A stretch of DNA of 64,000 nucleotides from an uncultured virus (IMG/VR IMGVR_UViG_3300037563_000115) (IMGVR_UViG_3300037563_000115); one strand, 5' to 3'. Shown: positions 28,765 to 38,038, counted from the stretch's first letter. Program-made: numbers and translations. The notes: a model not told the origin generated them from the letters alone.

Positions 28765-30837
28765 TTACTTAAGCAAATCTCTTATCCAATCAGATCCAGA
28801 ATTAATAGGGTCCAAGGTAGATTCTTTTTCTTCTGGTTTTTCTTCTGGTTTTGCTGCTGGTTCTGAGTCACCTGCTTCAGAAATATCCTTTGAAAACATG
28901 GAGGGATCAGATTCATCTTTCTTCTCATCCTTACTAGAGGTACTAAAATTTCTTGGTTCATCAGGAGCTGCGCCACCACCACCACCGCCAGATCCATCAC
29001 CTTTACCACCTGCACCAGCAGCACCAGGACCATCACCACTAGCGACATTACCAGCATCTGTATTTCCACCAACGTTACTTATATTAATAGTGACTGGAGC
29101 TGATTTACCACCATCTTCATTAGTTCCACTACCACCAGAAACATTAACTGTTACTGTACCTGCACCACCAGTAGATGCCCCACCAGTTGCAGCACCACCA
29201 GTACCAGCTCCACCAATTCCACTACCAACTCCACCAGTAGAAGCTCCACCTGGACTTGATCCACCAGTCTCTGTATTAGTTCTCGTAGGAGAGGTTGTAT
29301 CTCCACCAGTTGAAGCAGATGCTGAAGGGGCAGCTGGAACGGCAACAGCAGGAGTGACAGGGGCAACAGGAGCTACGGCAGGGGCTGGGGCAGCAGCTGC
29401 GGGTTTAGCTTCGGGCTTTGCCTCTGGTTTTTCTTCTGGCTTAGCTTCTGGTTTTTCTTCATCCTCAATCTCTTTTTCAACAGGGAGTTTTTCATCTTTA
29501 GGTGCAGGAGCATGTATATGATCAGCAGACTTAATTGAACCCTTTCCAATAATCTCTTCTGATTCTTTAATATTTTTATCTGCAATACCAACTCGTGCAA
29601 TTACTTCATTTCCTTTTTCATCTTTAATAACTTTCCAAGGTGACTCCACTTCTGCAATTTTCTTAATGGTCTCAGCCTTAGATGCACATGCTTTGATCTC
29701 ACTTGGAGCGTATGTTATGCCACAGGCTTGACAAGCTATTGAGTCAGCTTGACCATTCATAAGATCTTGGCCTTCTGATCCACAAACTGGACAATTATCA
29801 CTAGCACTGGGGCCATCAGCTGTCTTCTGTTCTGGCATTGGTTTGCATTTTGGGCAATATACCCAATCTTCTTTTTGAGCTTGACCTTTACAAAGATCAC
29901 AAACTTCTGCTGTCTTTACCCCTGGATCACCTGGGCAACTACCACAATGAGCTTCTTTATTAACAGACTCAATATCTTTTGCCTTGTCACCTTTCTCAGG
30001 AGAATTTCCTTCCATAGCTTGATCATCCTTATCTCCAATCTCTTTAGGGGATGGGAGAAGAGTAGATTCTTCAACTGATTCTACTGGCTTATCACCAGCG
30101 GATTTCTTTCCTTCTGGCATGGCAAGATTACCCTTGTCATCTGCGGGATTATCCTTTACTTTTTCAGCTACTTTTTGTGAGGCTTCTTTCGTTACTTCCT
30201 TGCATTTATCAGCCTCACGTCCATTACCTTCTGGAACCATTTCTTCTTTGGTAGGCATCTTAAACTTATTCTCTGCAGGAGAATCCATATCGTATGCTTT
30301 CTCTGGTACTTCTGGCTTATAGAGATCCTTTTCGGAGGGTTGCTCTATTTTGGATTCTTTCTCAAATCGTTCAAAAGATTTGCGCCAATCGAGAACGGTA
30401 TGATCCGCTGTGAGTTCAAGTAGAGCTTTCTCCGCTTTTTCTCTTGAAGAGGCCACTTGCTTTTTTGCATCTTCTTTGTACTCACCATACTTCTCTTGTG
30501 TTATATTATCTTTATGGGCTTTGGCTTCTGCAATTAGCTCAGCAAGCACATAATCACTCAAGATAGAAACATCTCTCTTAAAATCTTTCTCAATCGTTTC
30601 TTTAACTGTTTCTCCTTGCTCATAAGCAGCCGTTTTCCCTAAAAGTTTAGCTTCAGCGGCCTGAGCAGCTAAGAATTCAGAGTCCACTTTATCTGCGTCA
30701 AGGGCGAGAGTATCTGCAATCCAGTTAGAGGCTTCCACTTTTCTTTCAAAATGATCCTCACGATTCTCACCTTGGGGAATAAGGTTTGCTTCCTTCCCAA
30801 TATTTTTACCAGTCAACATGTCATCAATAAAACTCAT
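28765..30837 (-). CDS. Modular protein (about 690 aa) with Zn ribbons and Pro/Ala- and Gly-rich tail
   Basis: KTA/KEA linkers, CxxC pairs, EKPEAKP repeats, GGA(S/G/A)T repeats; AGGAG RBS before ATG 30837. Confidence 0.6.
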   Translation of the reverse strand: MSFIDDMLTGKNIGKEANLIPQGENREDHFERKVEASNWIADTLALDADKVDSEFLAAQAAEAKLLGKTAAYEQGETVKETIEKDFKRDVSILSDYVLAELIAEAKAHKDNITQEKYGEYKEDAKKQVASSREKAEKALLELTADHTVLDWRKSFERFEKESKIEQPSEKDLYKPEVPEKAYDMDSPAENKFKMPTKEEMVPEGNGREADKCKEVTKEASQKVAEKVKDNPADDKGNLAMPEGKKSAGDKPVESVEESTLLPSPKEIGDKDDQAMEGNSPEKGDKAKDIESVNKEAHCGSCPGDPGVKTAEVCDLCKGQAQKEDWVYCPKCKPMPEQKTADGPSASDNCPVCGSEGQDLMNGQADSIACQACGITYAPSEIKACASKAETIKKIAEVESPWKVIKDEKGNEVIARVGIADKNIKESEEIIGKGSIKSADHIHAPAPKDEKLPVEKEIEDEEKPEAKPEEKPEAKPEAKPAAAAPAPAVAPVAPVTPAVAVPAAPSASASTGGDTTSPTRTNTETGGSSPGGASTGGVGSGIGGAGTGGAATGGASTGGAGTVTVNVSGGSGTNEDGGKSAPVTINISNVGGNTDAGNVASGDGPGAAGAGGKGDGSGGGGGGAAPDEPRNFSTSSKDEKKDESDPSMFSKDISEAGDSEPAAKPEEKPEEKESTLDPINSGSDWIRDLLK

Positions 30838-30848
30838 TTTAATTCTCC

Positions 30849-31673
30849 TTAGCGAAATTCGCAAGTATTTTCAGTATTCCATCTAGGTCTTAAATTTGTA
30901 TAAAAGAAACATTTATACAATTGCTCTTCAATAGATAAATCAAATTTATACTTAGGAATAATATGGTCAAAACTCCATTTATCTTTTCCAGCCCCATAAT
31001 TAATCCATGACATCCCATCAACAAATAAGGATTCTATGTACACCTTAAATTTTGAAAGTGGTATACCAATTCTCTCTCCAAATAATGGTGAATCTTTCTT
31101 AACTTTGCTAACTGAACTGCTTAGAAAAATAGAAAATCTATTTCCCAACTTGACATGCTTATTATAATCTTCCGAGATTACGCTAGTTCTTTTACCTCTG
31201 GCTTGCTGGCTATCTGTTGCCCAACGACAATTAGAGGAATCATAGTTACCATTAACATCAAGGAATCTATCTAGGGAAGTATTTTTTTCTCCAAATTCTT
31301 TAGAATGTTCTAAATAAGACTCATACATATCTACCATGAAATGAATAAATCCTTCTTTGCCTAGCCATCTACCACAAACTTTAATACCACGACCACCATA
31401 ATCTTTATAATGAACATGATTCTTATTGTAGCAACGCTTTAACATATCATAATAAATCATATAAAAACGAGTCTTTGATAATCCATGGTTAGTTCGAAAT
31501 AAACAACCACAGGACTTAGATATTTTATTAACTAGGTTAGTTCCTAAAACAAGTTTTTCTGTTCCACAAAGGCATTTGCACAACCACAATGATTGGTGCA
31601 ATTTATCCATATTACCAAATTGTAGAACAGTCCAGCTATAAAAAATTTTATCTTTTAAATCCAGTCTTATCAT
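30849..31673 (-). CDS. Free-standing HNH-type homing endonuclease (paralogue of 9966-10820)
   Basis: WLCKCLCG..SKSCGC, DYGGRGI, SLDR..GNYDSSNCRWAT, WSFDHIIP..TNLRP. Confidence 0.85.
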   Translation of the reverse strand: MIRLDLKDKIFYSWTVLQFGNMDKLHQSLWLCKCLCGTEKLVLGTNLVNKISKSCGCLFRTNHGLSKTRFYMIYYDMLKRCYNKNHVHYKDYGGRGIKVCGRWLGKEGFIHFMVDMYESYLEHSKEFGEKNTSLDRFLDVNGNYDSSNCRWATDSQQARGKRTSVISEDYNKHVKLGNRFSIFLSSSVSKVKKDSPLFGERIGIPLSKFKVYIESLFVDGMSWINYGAGKDKWSFDHIIPKYKFDLSIEEQLYKCFFYTNLRPRWNTENTCEFR

Positions 31674-31675
31674 AT

Positions 31676-31828
31676 CTATTCCTTAATTAAATCTGGTGAT
31701 CCAAAGTCATTGCATTTGTTACACTTAGTACAACTATAGCCTGTATATGCTACATATTTTAAATGAAAAGATCTATCACAGCCACACCAACACAAATCAA
31801 AATTTTGTTCTTTGGGGGATAGCTTCAT
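31676..31828 (-). CDS. Cys/His finger microprotein (50 aa, no tag)
   Basis: Hand translation: MKLSPKEQNFDLCWCGCDRSFHLKYVAYTGYSCTKCNKCNDFGSPDLIKE. Confidence 0.55.
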   Translation of the reverse strand: MKLSPKEQNFDLCWCGCDRSFHLKYVAYTGYSCTKCNKCNDFGSPDLIKE

Positions 31829-32028
31829 GGGAGCCAATCCAGGTTATCAGGTCCAGAATTCTCTAGCTCTTCTTGCTCCAAAGTTTCTTCAATCTCTTTC
31901 TTATTAGAGCTTCGTTTATAATTGGTCTTTGGCTTTTCAATCTTAGTTTCAGGATTAAAAGAATCAGGCCAAGACTTCCTAATCTTTATACTCTTACGAT
32001 CTATTTTTATTCTTTCTTGTTCTTCCAC
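31825..32028 (-). CDS. Hypothetical charged protein
   Basis: Packed ORF. Confidence 0.45.
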   Translation of the reverse strand: MEEQERIKIDRKSIKIRKSWPDSFNPETKIEKPKTNYKRSSNKKEIEETLEQEELENSGPDNLDWLP

Positions 32029-32242
32029 GTCTAATCTCCTTACTTTTATATTCTAAAAATACTAAATTGTCTTTTGGGTGATACTCCGTACATTTACAAT
32101 CATTATCCAAATTAGGTCCTGCTAAACCAAGACAAACATCATATTCATGAGCCCCTTCAGAGTGAAAACAGACACAAACTTCATCACCCCAACAAAGCAA
32201 TTCTCTACCTGTTTTTCCAATGGCTCTGTCCATCTTAGTCAT
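31994..32242 (-). CDS. Cys/His finger microprotein with NLxFLE tag
   Basis: CVCFHSEGAH...CKCTEYHPKDNLVFLE. Confidence 0.75.
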   Translation of the reverse strand: MTKMDRAIGKTGRELLCWGDEVCVCFHSEGAHEYDVCLGLAGPNLDNDCKCTEYHPKDNLVFLEYKSKEIRRGRTRKNKNRS

Positions 32243-32248
32243 AATTAT

Positions 32249-32301
32249 AATTAAAAATGTATACGATCTCTATATATACTGCATTTTATTATACTTTATT
32301 G
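32249..32301 (-). repeat. Conserved about 50-bp intergenic element, copy 2
   Basis: aattaaaaatgtatacgatctctatatatac-N7-tattatactttattg; matches 10918-10968. Confidence 0.7.
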
Positions 32302-32592
32302 AGTCTTTTGATTCTTATCTACCTGTTGTTCATACATGTATTCTAAATACTCCAACTTAGGTAGGGATTTATATAAAACCACATAGCACAAACCATCTCC
32401 TAAATAGCCATCCCATAAATAATCAAATATAATAGGCTCTCCAATTAGAATATGGCCATGCTTATTTAAATTAGCAAAAAAGAGATCTAAACCTTCTCTA
32501 ATTGAATTCACTGTTCCAATGTACCAAATAGCTTGGCCAGGGGAAAGGGGAGTAAGCCAAGAACGATCAGGATCAAAATCTTGTATATTCAT
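32296..32592 (-). CDS. Hypothetical protein with variant tag (KLEYLEYMYE)
   Basis: C-terminal LEYLEYMYE. Confidence 0.6.
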   Translation of the reverse strand: MNIQDFDPDRSWLTPLSPGQAIWYIGTVNSIREGLDLFFANLNKHGHILIGEPIIFDYLWDGYLGDGLCYVVLYKSLPKLEYLEYMYEQQVDKNQKTQ

Positions 32593-33218
32593 TAAATTTT
32601 AAACTTAGCTAAATTCTTTATGGGCTTATTAACTATTGGAAGTACTTCTTGGCACAAACCTTTAGCTAAACTTTCTTCTGGGAAGAAATACCGATTCAGC
32701 CCAGTTGAGAGAAGATCGAACCACTCCTTCTCACTAATCTTTGTACGGGAACTATAAAACTTACTCCATCTAGAAAAATATAATTTATGAAGATCTGCTT
32801 CTTGATTAATCTGAGGGAGGGTCAAAGATCCCATACTTGTTGATCCAGCATGGCACATTAAAACTGTATTGGGATAAACTATTCTGTAAGAACCGCTGAT
32901 GAATATGTCAAACGCTGCCGACATTGCTTTACCCATAGCAACAGTAATAACTGGAGCCTTAGAAGTCAAAATTGCGTCACATACCATCTGCCCATCCTCT
33001 ACAGATCCTCCGGGACTGTTAATTAAAAGTTTAATTGGCTTAATACTCTTCTGTGATAAAGTTGTAAGAGGCAATACAATTCGTTCAATCACACTCTTAT
33101 CCACGTCACCATTAAAAAGGATCACCCTATCTTTAAGTAAAGCTTTATAAGATTCAATCTCAAATTCAGCAAACGGATCAAAAGGTGGTGTATCACCATC
33201 ATCTTTTCGCAGTGTCAT
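32592..33218 (-). CDS. clpP: ClpP-like serine protease (divergent)
   Basis: DRVILFNG, LLINSPGGSV, GKAMSAA (Ser), LMCHAG (His). Confidence 0.85.
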   Translation of the reverse strand: MTLRKDDGDTPPFDPFAEFEIESYKALLKDRVILFNGDVDKSVIERIVLPLTTLSQKSIKPIKLLINSPGGSVEDGQMVCDAILTSKAPVITVAMGKAMSAAFDIFISGSYRIVYPNTVLMCHAGSTSMGSLTLPQINQEADLHKLYFSRWSKFYSSRTKISEKEWFDLLSTGLNRYFFPEESLAKGLCQEVLPIVNKPIKNLAKFKI

Positions 33219-33384
33219 ATTGACTCCTTTTTTCTACACACCATTCTAAATATTCTAAATTGTCTGAAGGAATGTATTCACCACAAAAATTGCAGGAAAA
33301 GCATCTTCCATAATTTTGGCCACAATCTCTATGCCATCCCCTATTATCGTCACAATTTCTACATCGACTATTATAATTTATCAA
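33199..33384 (-). CDS. Cys/His finger microprotein with NLxYLE tag
   Basis: CRNC...H...CFSCNFCGEYIPSDNLEYLE. Confidence 0.8.
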   Translation of the reverse strand: MINYNSRCRNCDDNRGWHRDCGQNYGRCFSCNFCGEYIPSDNLEYLEWCVEKRSQYDTAKR

Positions 33385-33529
33385 GTTTCTCTTTCTTCTC
33401 CAATATAAATTCTAAATACTCTAAATTGTCAGATGGTTTACAATCTTCCACATTCAATGTGCCATTAATTACATGCCTATTGTGTTCAATAAAAGGCCAA
33501 CCACATTTGCACTTACTTTTGAATTTCAT
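33371..33529 (-). CDS. Microprotein with NLxYLE tag (52 aa, below cutoff)
   Basis: Hand translation: MKFKSKCKCGWPFIEHNRHVINGTLNVEDCKPSDNLEYLEFILEKKEKLDKL. Confidence 0.75.
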   Translation of the reverse strand: MKFKSKCKCGWPFIEHNRHVINGTLNVEDCKPSDNLEYLEFILEKKEKLDKL

Positions 33530-33757
33530 TTACCACTTCTATAATTTAGGGCATTACATTCGATACAGCGGTAACTATGTTCATCTATTTGTATTGTTTG
33601 CCCATTACACAACTGACATCTCGCTTCGTAGCTATAGTTCAATTATTCTCCTCCATCCTAACATTCTCTCGAAAATGAAACTCACACATAGGGATCTCTG
33701 TTCTATTCATCTGTTCTAAAAATACTGTAGCTCTCTTATTACAATAAATACATTTTT

Positions 33758-33994
33758 TCATACCTTCATCCAAGTAGTTAATAGATCAATACAATAATGG
33801 CAAATCCTATAGCGAAGTTTTGTTTTATTGTTAATAGCTGTAAATGTTATATCAGCATATCCTAATGACATATTTTTAATAGTCTTGCACTTAGCACATA
33901 TAAATGTAGGATCACTATTGTTAGGTAATGCTGACACAATAGGCTGTACCACTACTGGCTTACTTACTCTTCCATAATGCTTTCTGCCATACAT
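33758..33994 (-). CDS. Zn-finger hypothetical protein
   Basis: CAKC...CHYC. Confidence 0.5.
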   Translation of the reverse strand: MYGRKHYGRVSKPVVVQPIVSALPNNSDPTFICAKCKTIKNMSLGYADITFTAINNKTKLRYRICHYCIDLLTTWMKV

Positions 33995-34269
33995 TAGAAA
34001 CCCCTTTTAGACACCCATTCCAAATAAGCTAAATTATCTCCAGGAACATATTCCATACATGGACAACAATCTAATTGATAATTATTTGGAACAATGATGG
34101 TATGTTGACTAACTGCTTTAATCCCAAATCTACCTTCAGTGCAAGGACGTAATCCCTTTTCATTTGGGCTATGATTCCATTCAGTATGTTTACAATATCT
34201 GCAATTCCCAGTTCTAGGAGGAGTTGGAATCTCTATTTCATGCCATTTATTCCAATTAATCTTTAACAC
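33994..34269 (-). CDS. Cys/His finger protein with NLxYLE tag
   Basis: CRYCKHTEWNH...CPCMEYVPGDNLAYLE. Confidence 0.8.
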   Translation of the reverse strand: MLKINWNKWHEIEIPTPPRTGNCRYCKHTEWNHSPNEKGLRPCTEGRFGIKAVSQHTIIVPNNYQLDCCPCMEYVPGDNLAYLEWVSKRGF

Positions 34270-34441
34270 TTTTTTGCTCCAAGTATTCTAGGTTGGTCAT
34301 AGGTTCATATCCACAACAATCATACATTTCATGACGGTCACAGAATAAAATAGTAAGTCCATCAGGTCCCATCCAGCTACCGAATTTATTGTGCTCATCA
34401 TCTTGGCAACCACAATGTTTACAAAGCCAATCGTTTTTCAT
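34256..34441 (-). CDS. Cys/His finger microprotein with NLxYLE tag
   Basis: CKHCGC...H...CCGYEPMTNLEYLE. Confidence 0.8.
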   Translation of the reverse strand: MKNDWLCKHCGCQDDEHNKFGSWMGPDGLTILFCDRHEMYDCCGYEPMTNLEYLEQKSVKD

Positions 34442-34589
34442 AACACCATTCTAAATATTCTAGATTATTGAGAATATGAACTGCCCTATCAGTGAGATGT
34501 GACAAGTTACTATGATCTCGCGTAGTGCAACCAGCACACCAAACCACTACTTTGGAATCAACGGCTAAGAGTACCTTGCTATAACTCAC
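34419..34589 (-). CDS. Microprotein with NLxYLE tag (56 aa, below cutoff)
   Basis: Hand translation from GTG: MSYSKVLLAVDSKVVVWCAGCTTRDHSNLSHLTDRAVHILNNLEYLEWCYEKRLAL. Confidence 0.7.
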   Translation of the reverse strand: MSYSKVLLAVDSKVVVWCAGCTTRDHSNLSHLTDRAVHILNNLEYLEWCYEKRLAL

Positions 34590-35005
34590 TCAAACAATCC
34601 TGGATTGATCTTCTTTGCACTATCTAATGACCCATCATATTTTTTATAGAAAGAGTAGTCACCATCACGAGCGATTTGCTCCATGCCTAGGCATTCTCTG
34701 CCACGTTCTGTAATCTGCAAATCATACTCGCGTAATGAAATTAGATAAGTATCCTTTGTTCTAGAATGCTTAATAGCTTCAGTCTCTACTCGTTGAATCA
34801 ATCCATCCTCTAAAAGACTCTTAAACATATTTTCAATTACATCAGTCATATAAACATTCTTAGCAAGCCTTTCACTGCCCCATATAGAAGATCTATTCAA
34901 TGGATTAGCAAAGTGAAGCGTAGCAAGCTGCAATGCTAAAAAATACTGCTTTGGCTTCATGTCACCAAACAATGACAACAAATTATACCTGTGGATTCTT
35001 TTCAT
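34586..35005 (-). CDS. Winged-helix-like protein (tentative)
   Basis: LLEDGLIQR...LQITERGRECL, typical of a wHTH wing. Confidence 0.45.
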   Translation of the reverse strand: MKRIHRYNLLSLFGDMKPKQYFLALQLATLHFANPLNRSSIWGSERLAKNVYMTDVIENMFKSLLEDGLIQRVETEAIKHSRTKDTYLISLREYDLQITERGRECLGMEQIARDGDYSFYKKYDGSLDSAKKINPGLFE

Positions 35006-35008
35006 TTC

Positions 35009-35242
35009 TTACTCCTTATCAAGTTCTTCTTTATATTCTAAATATTCGAGATTGTCAATTACTCCATTTAGATGTACAAAATCTAAATAAACTCTAATGT
35101 ACTGTTTAGTAAATTTACCTGTATGAAACTCTTTAATCTTTTGCTTTAGAATATATTTAGAAAAGGATTCTCTTTCTTCTTTTTCATACTCAACTTCTTC
35201 ACCACAATTCTTATCGCCTTGACTAGGATAAGTTGCACTCAT
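35009..35242 (-). CDS. Hypothetical protein with NLxYLE tag (no finger)
   Basis: IDNLEYLEY. Confidence 0.7.
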   Translation of the reverse strand: MSATYPSQGDKNCGEEVEYEKEERESFSKYILKQKIKEFHTGKFTKQYIRVYLDFVHLNGVIDNLEYLEYKEELDKE

Positions 35243-35424
35243 GCCTTACTCCTTTTCTCATTGACCCATTCTAAATACTCTAGATTATCCATTGGAACAT
35301 AGCCAATGCAAGGTTCATCCGAATACTTTATAGTAACACAATAGCATTTTACTGGATATATTTCCTCTGTAGAACCAAAGTAATGCAAACAAAGACAATT
35401 TCTACAAGTACTGAGATATCTCAT
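35239..35424 (-). CDS. Cys/His finger microprotein with NLxYLE tag
   Basis: CRNCLCLH...CIGYVPMDNLEYLE. Confidence 0.8.
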   Translation of the reverse strand: MRYLSTCRNCLCLHYFGSTEEIYPVKCYCVTIKYSDEPCIGYVPMDNLEYLEWVNEKRSKA

Positions 35425-36098
35425 CCGTTATATAACTCCAGGTCCTCTGTGTCAAACGTTGTCACAAGCTTCTTATTAATATAACCACGTTCCAACTTGC
35501 CAGTCTTTTTATTCAAACGAACCTTTGGGATCTTCTGGCCCTTGAACTCGACTTCATATACCTTTGCCTTCTCATTACCAATAATCCTAATAACCTTGCC
35601 AATCTTTCCAGTCCATTTAATCCTTGAGCCTGGAACACTGTAAGTAATTCTCACTTTGGAACCTTCACGGATCTTGCCATCCCAATTGTTCTCTTCTTCA
35701 GGAAATAGCTCATCTAATTCCTTCTCTGTGGCCTGTTCAGCATCTACTGATTCCGTTACTACGAATCCAGACTCATCAGCAGCTACTTTTGCCTTTGGTT
35801 CTGTAGCCTTAACTTTATTTTCTTGCTTAGGCTGTTCAATTACTACATCTTCATCTGTTGGCAAAAATACCTTAGCATCTTGCAATGCAGGAGGTAACTC
35901 TGGGGCAGATTGTGGAACTACTGTCTGAGCAGGAACTGCTTGAGGAACTGGAACCATTGAAGCAGCACCCATAAACGCCAATACCTCTTCTACACTCTTA
36001 CCTAATTGCTGTGCCAATGCTACTGCTTGCAACATCTTACCTACATCTGCTGAAGCCCCCTTACTATCTTGATGAGGACTTGGAATAAATTCGCCCAT
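35421..36098 (-). CDS. Hypothetical protein with C-terminal SH3/KOW-like domain
   Basis: GSKVRIT...GKIGKVIRI...VYEVEF; AGGAGG RBS. Confidence 0.55.
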   Translation of the reverse strand: MGEFIPSPHQDSKGASADVGKMLQAVALAQQLGKSVEEVLAFMGAASMVPVPQAVPAQTVVPQSAPELPPALQDAKVFLPTDEDVVIEQPKQENKVKATEPKAKVAADESGFVVTESVDAEQATEKELDELFPEEENNWDGKIREGSKVRITYSVPGSRIKWTGKIGKVIRIIGNEKAKVYEVEFKGQKIPKVRLNKKTGKLERGYINKKLVTTFDTEDLELYNG

Positions 36099-36152
36099 AC
36101 ACTACCTCCTATGTCTAAGTTTACATCAATTGCATCGAAATTGCAAGTCTTA

Positions 36153-36497
36153 TTATGCCTGTGGTGGAACTACTGGTTCTGGTGCAACTGGTGCTTCAAC
36201 CTTTGTAGCCTCCACCTGTGCTGTTTGTTCAGGTGTAGCTGCAACAATCTTAGCTTTAGCTGCTTGCTCTTCGGCCTCTTTCTGCATCTGCTTAATCACT
36301 TCTCCAGATGCTTCCGTCATCTCTGCTTCAGTAATAATACCCTTCTTAATTAGAAGCTGCTGCAAACTTAACAGGCGAATTTCTTTACCTGTTGAATCTA
36401 GACGAATAGCTTGTTGCAGATTCTGAATAAACTGAACAATCTGATTAATCTCACCTTTCAACTGTTGTGCAATTCCATAAACTGTCTCATCACGCAT
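36153..36497 (-). CDS. Hypothetical protein
   Basis: LLIKKGIITEAE helix motif; GGAG RBS. Confidence 0.55.
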   Translation of the reverse strand: MRDETVYGIAQQLKGEINQIVQFIQNLQQAIRLDSTGKEIRLLSLQQLLIKKGIITEAEMTEASGEVIKQMQKEAEEQAAKAKIVAATPEQTAQVEATKVEAPVAPEPVVPPQA

Positions 36498-36741
36498 TAT
36501 CTTTCTCCTTTATTGTAAGTTCCAAATTCTTTGCTACATACTCTGCAACATACTTCTCTATATTCTCCGTCTTAAGTTCAGCCAGGATTTTATCCATGTT
36601 ATCTTTCACAAATTGCTCTCCTGCTGCTTTCATTGCTTCCTGAATTTGATCAAGCAATAATTCATCCCCAACACGACTTAAGTGAAGTGTAAGAAGATAA
36701 CCTTGAGTAGCAGGATCAAATATAAACTCTGACGTAGCCAT
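36490..36741 (-). CDS. Hypothetical protein
   Basis: Packed ORF. Confidence 0.5.
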   Translation of the reverse strand: MATSEFIFDPATQGYLLTLHLSRVGDELLLDQIQEAMKAAGEQFVKDNMDKILAELKTENIEKYVAEYVAKNLELTIKEKDNA

Positions 36742-36756
36742 ACACTATCTTTGTAA

Positions 36757-36933
36757 TTACGCTGCTGGCGTTTCTGGAACTACTTCGACTACCTTTGCCT
36801 TTTTTAGCCAATTGTAAATACTTGGAAGTGAAACTCCTGCCCTACGCGCTACCTCAACCAAGTTAGCTCCTTCTACCTGTGCCTCTGCTAATGCTGTTGC
36901 TTTTACTGTTGGGTCTATCGTTCGTCTTGCCAT
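36757..36933 (-). CDS. Small helix-turn-helix protein (58 aa, below cutoff)
   Basis: Hand translation: MARRTIDPTVKATALAEAQVEGANLVEVARRAGVSLPSIYNWLKKAK...; AGGAG upstream. Confidence 0.7.
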   Translation of the reverse strand: MARRTIDPTVKATALAEAQVEGANLVEVARRAGVSLPSIYNWLKKAKVVEVVPETPAA

Positions 36934-36939
36934 GGTTAT

Positions 36940-37419
36940 TTATTTCTCCTTAGTTTTATTTTCTTTCTTCTCATAAGCATCTTCAACTATTTCTAAATTG
37001 TCTTTGTCTTCATCCTTTGCACACTTATAACATGAGGTATAGAGCCATCCTCCTCCACGTAGCTTCCCTTCTTTACCACAAGTCTCACATGTTTCTGCTG
37101 ATAGCCTTTCAGCTTCATCCGATATTGCATACATTTCATCTGTGGCACTCGCCCAATAAATAGATAGTGTACCATATTTCTCTTTCACTTGACTAAATCT
37201 TGGAATCCAATCCTCATTATAATCTTTCTCATTCTTGTGTTCTTCAATCCATTTTTGAATGAGAGGTTCAAGTTTTTCACAAGCTTCTTTTATAATCTTA
37301 TACCATCCTCGGTTACAGGAGAGACCCCAGCACATGCAGGTCTCTTGCATACTCTTTCCATAATCTCCAAAGCACAATGGAAATTTCTTAACTAAATATT
37401 TTTCTAAATCTCGTCTCAT
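36940..37419 (-). CDS. Conserved phage protein (QVKEKYGTL type) with variant tag DNLEIVE
   Basis: GWYKII...QVKEKYGTLSIY...TCETCG...GWLYTSC. Confidence 0.65.
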   Translation of the reverse strand: MRRDLEKYLVKKFPLCFGDYGKSMQETCMCWGLSCNRGWYKIIKEACEKLEPLIQKWIEEHKNEKDYNEDWIPRFSQVKEKYGTLSIYWASATDEMYAISDEAERLSAETCETCGKEGKLRGGGWLYTSCYKCAKDEDKDNLEIVEDAYEKKENKTKEK

Positions 37420-37579
37420 CTTGTTATACCATATTTATAATAATTTAACATATTTAACATTCGAGAATATTGTGCAACACTTTCTAATTTATCCATATAA
37501 TCTAAGCATTCATCACAAACTCTGTGATCATATTTTAAATAAAATAATCGCGTACAATTCTGGCATCTAGTTTTCTTTT

Positions 37580-38038
37580 TCATAATTTATAAATAGAATC
37601 TGTAATCATTCGTCCGAAAATGTGATCTGCCTCATGAAAAAAGACCCTGGCATCAAAATTCTCTAGTCTCATTTTATCCTTTTCCCCATTTAATTTCTGA
37701 TATTCGAATTCAACCCAGGTAGGTCTTTTTATCTTAACAGAAATATTTGGCGCGGATAAGCAGCCCTCATACTCTTCTGTCCCTACCTCTTTATTATAAC
37801 ACAATACCTTCGGATTTGCAACCATTATAATTCGAGACTTATCTTCTATGTTGGCTACGAACAATTGTTTAGCTAATCCAATCTGTGGAGCTGCAAGTCC
37901 TATTCCTTTCAGTGCAAACATCGTCTCTATCATATCTTGTGATAATTTGAAAAGCTCTTCACTATTAAAATTAGTAATCAATTCTGTTGGCTTATGCAAT
38001 ACCTTATCGGTGAATAAACGTACTGATAAGACACTCAT
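37580..38038 (-). CDS. def: Peptide deformylase
   Basis: GIGLAAPQIG, EGCLS, HEADH. Confidence 0.95.
   Translation of the reverse strand: MSVLSVRLFTDKVLHKPTELITNFNSEELFKLSQDMIETMFALKGIGLAAPQIGLAKQLFVANIEDKSRIIMVANPKVLCYNKEVGTEEYEGCLSAPNISVKIKRPTWVEFEYQKLNGEKDKMRLENFDARVFFHEADHIFGRMITDSIYKL

Noticed and set aside
4412..30837. Calling any of the large ORFs major capsid, tape measure or prohead protease
   Set aside because: No HK97-fold, tape-measure repeat or prohead-protease motif could be recognised by eye.
9966..31673. Homing endonucleases as group I intron or intein inserts
   Set aside because: Flanking genes have their own starts, RBSs and stops and abut the endonuclease ORFs, leaving no room for intron cores; no intein terminal motifs were seen.
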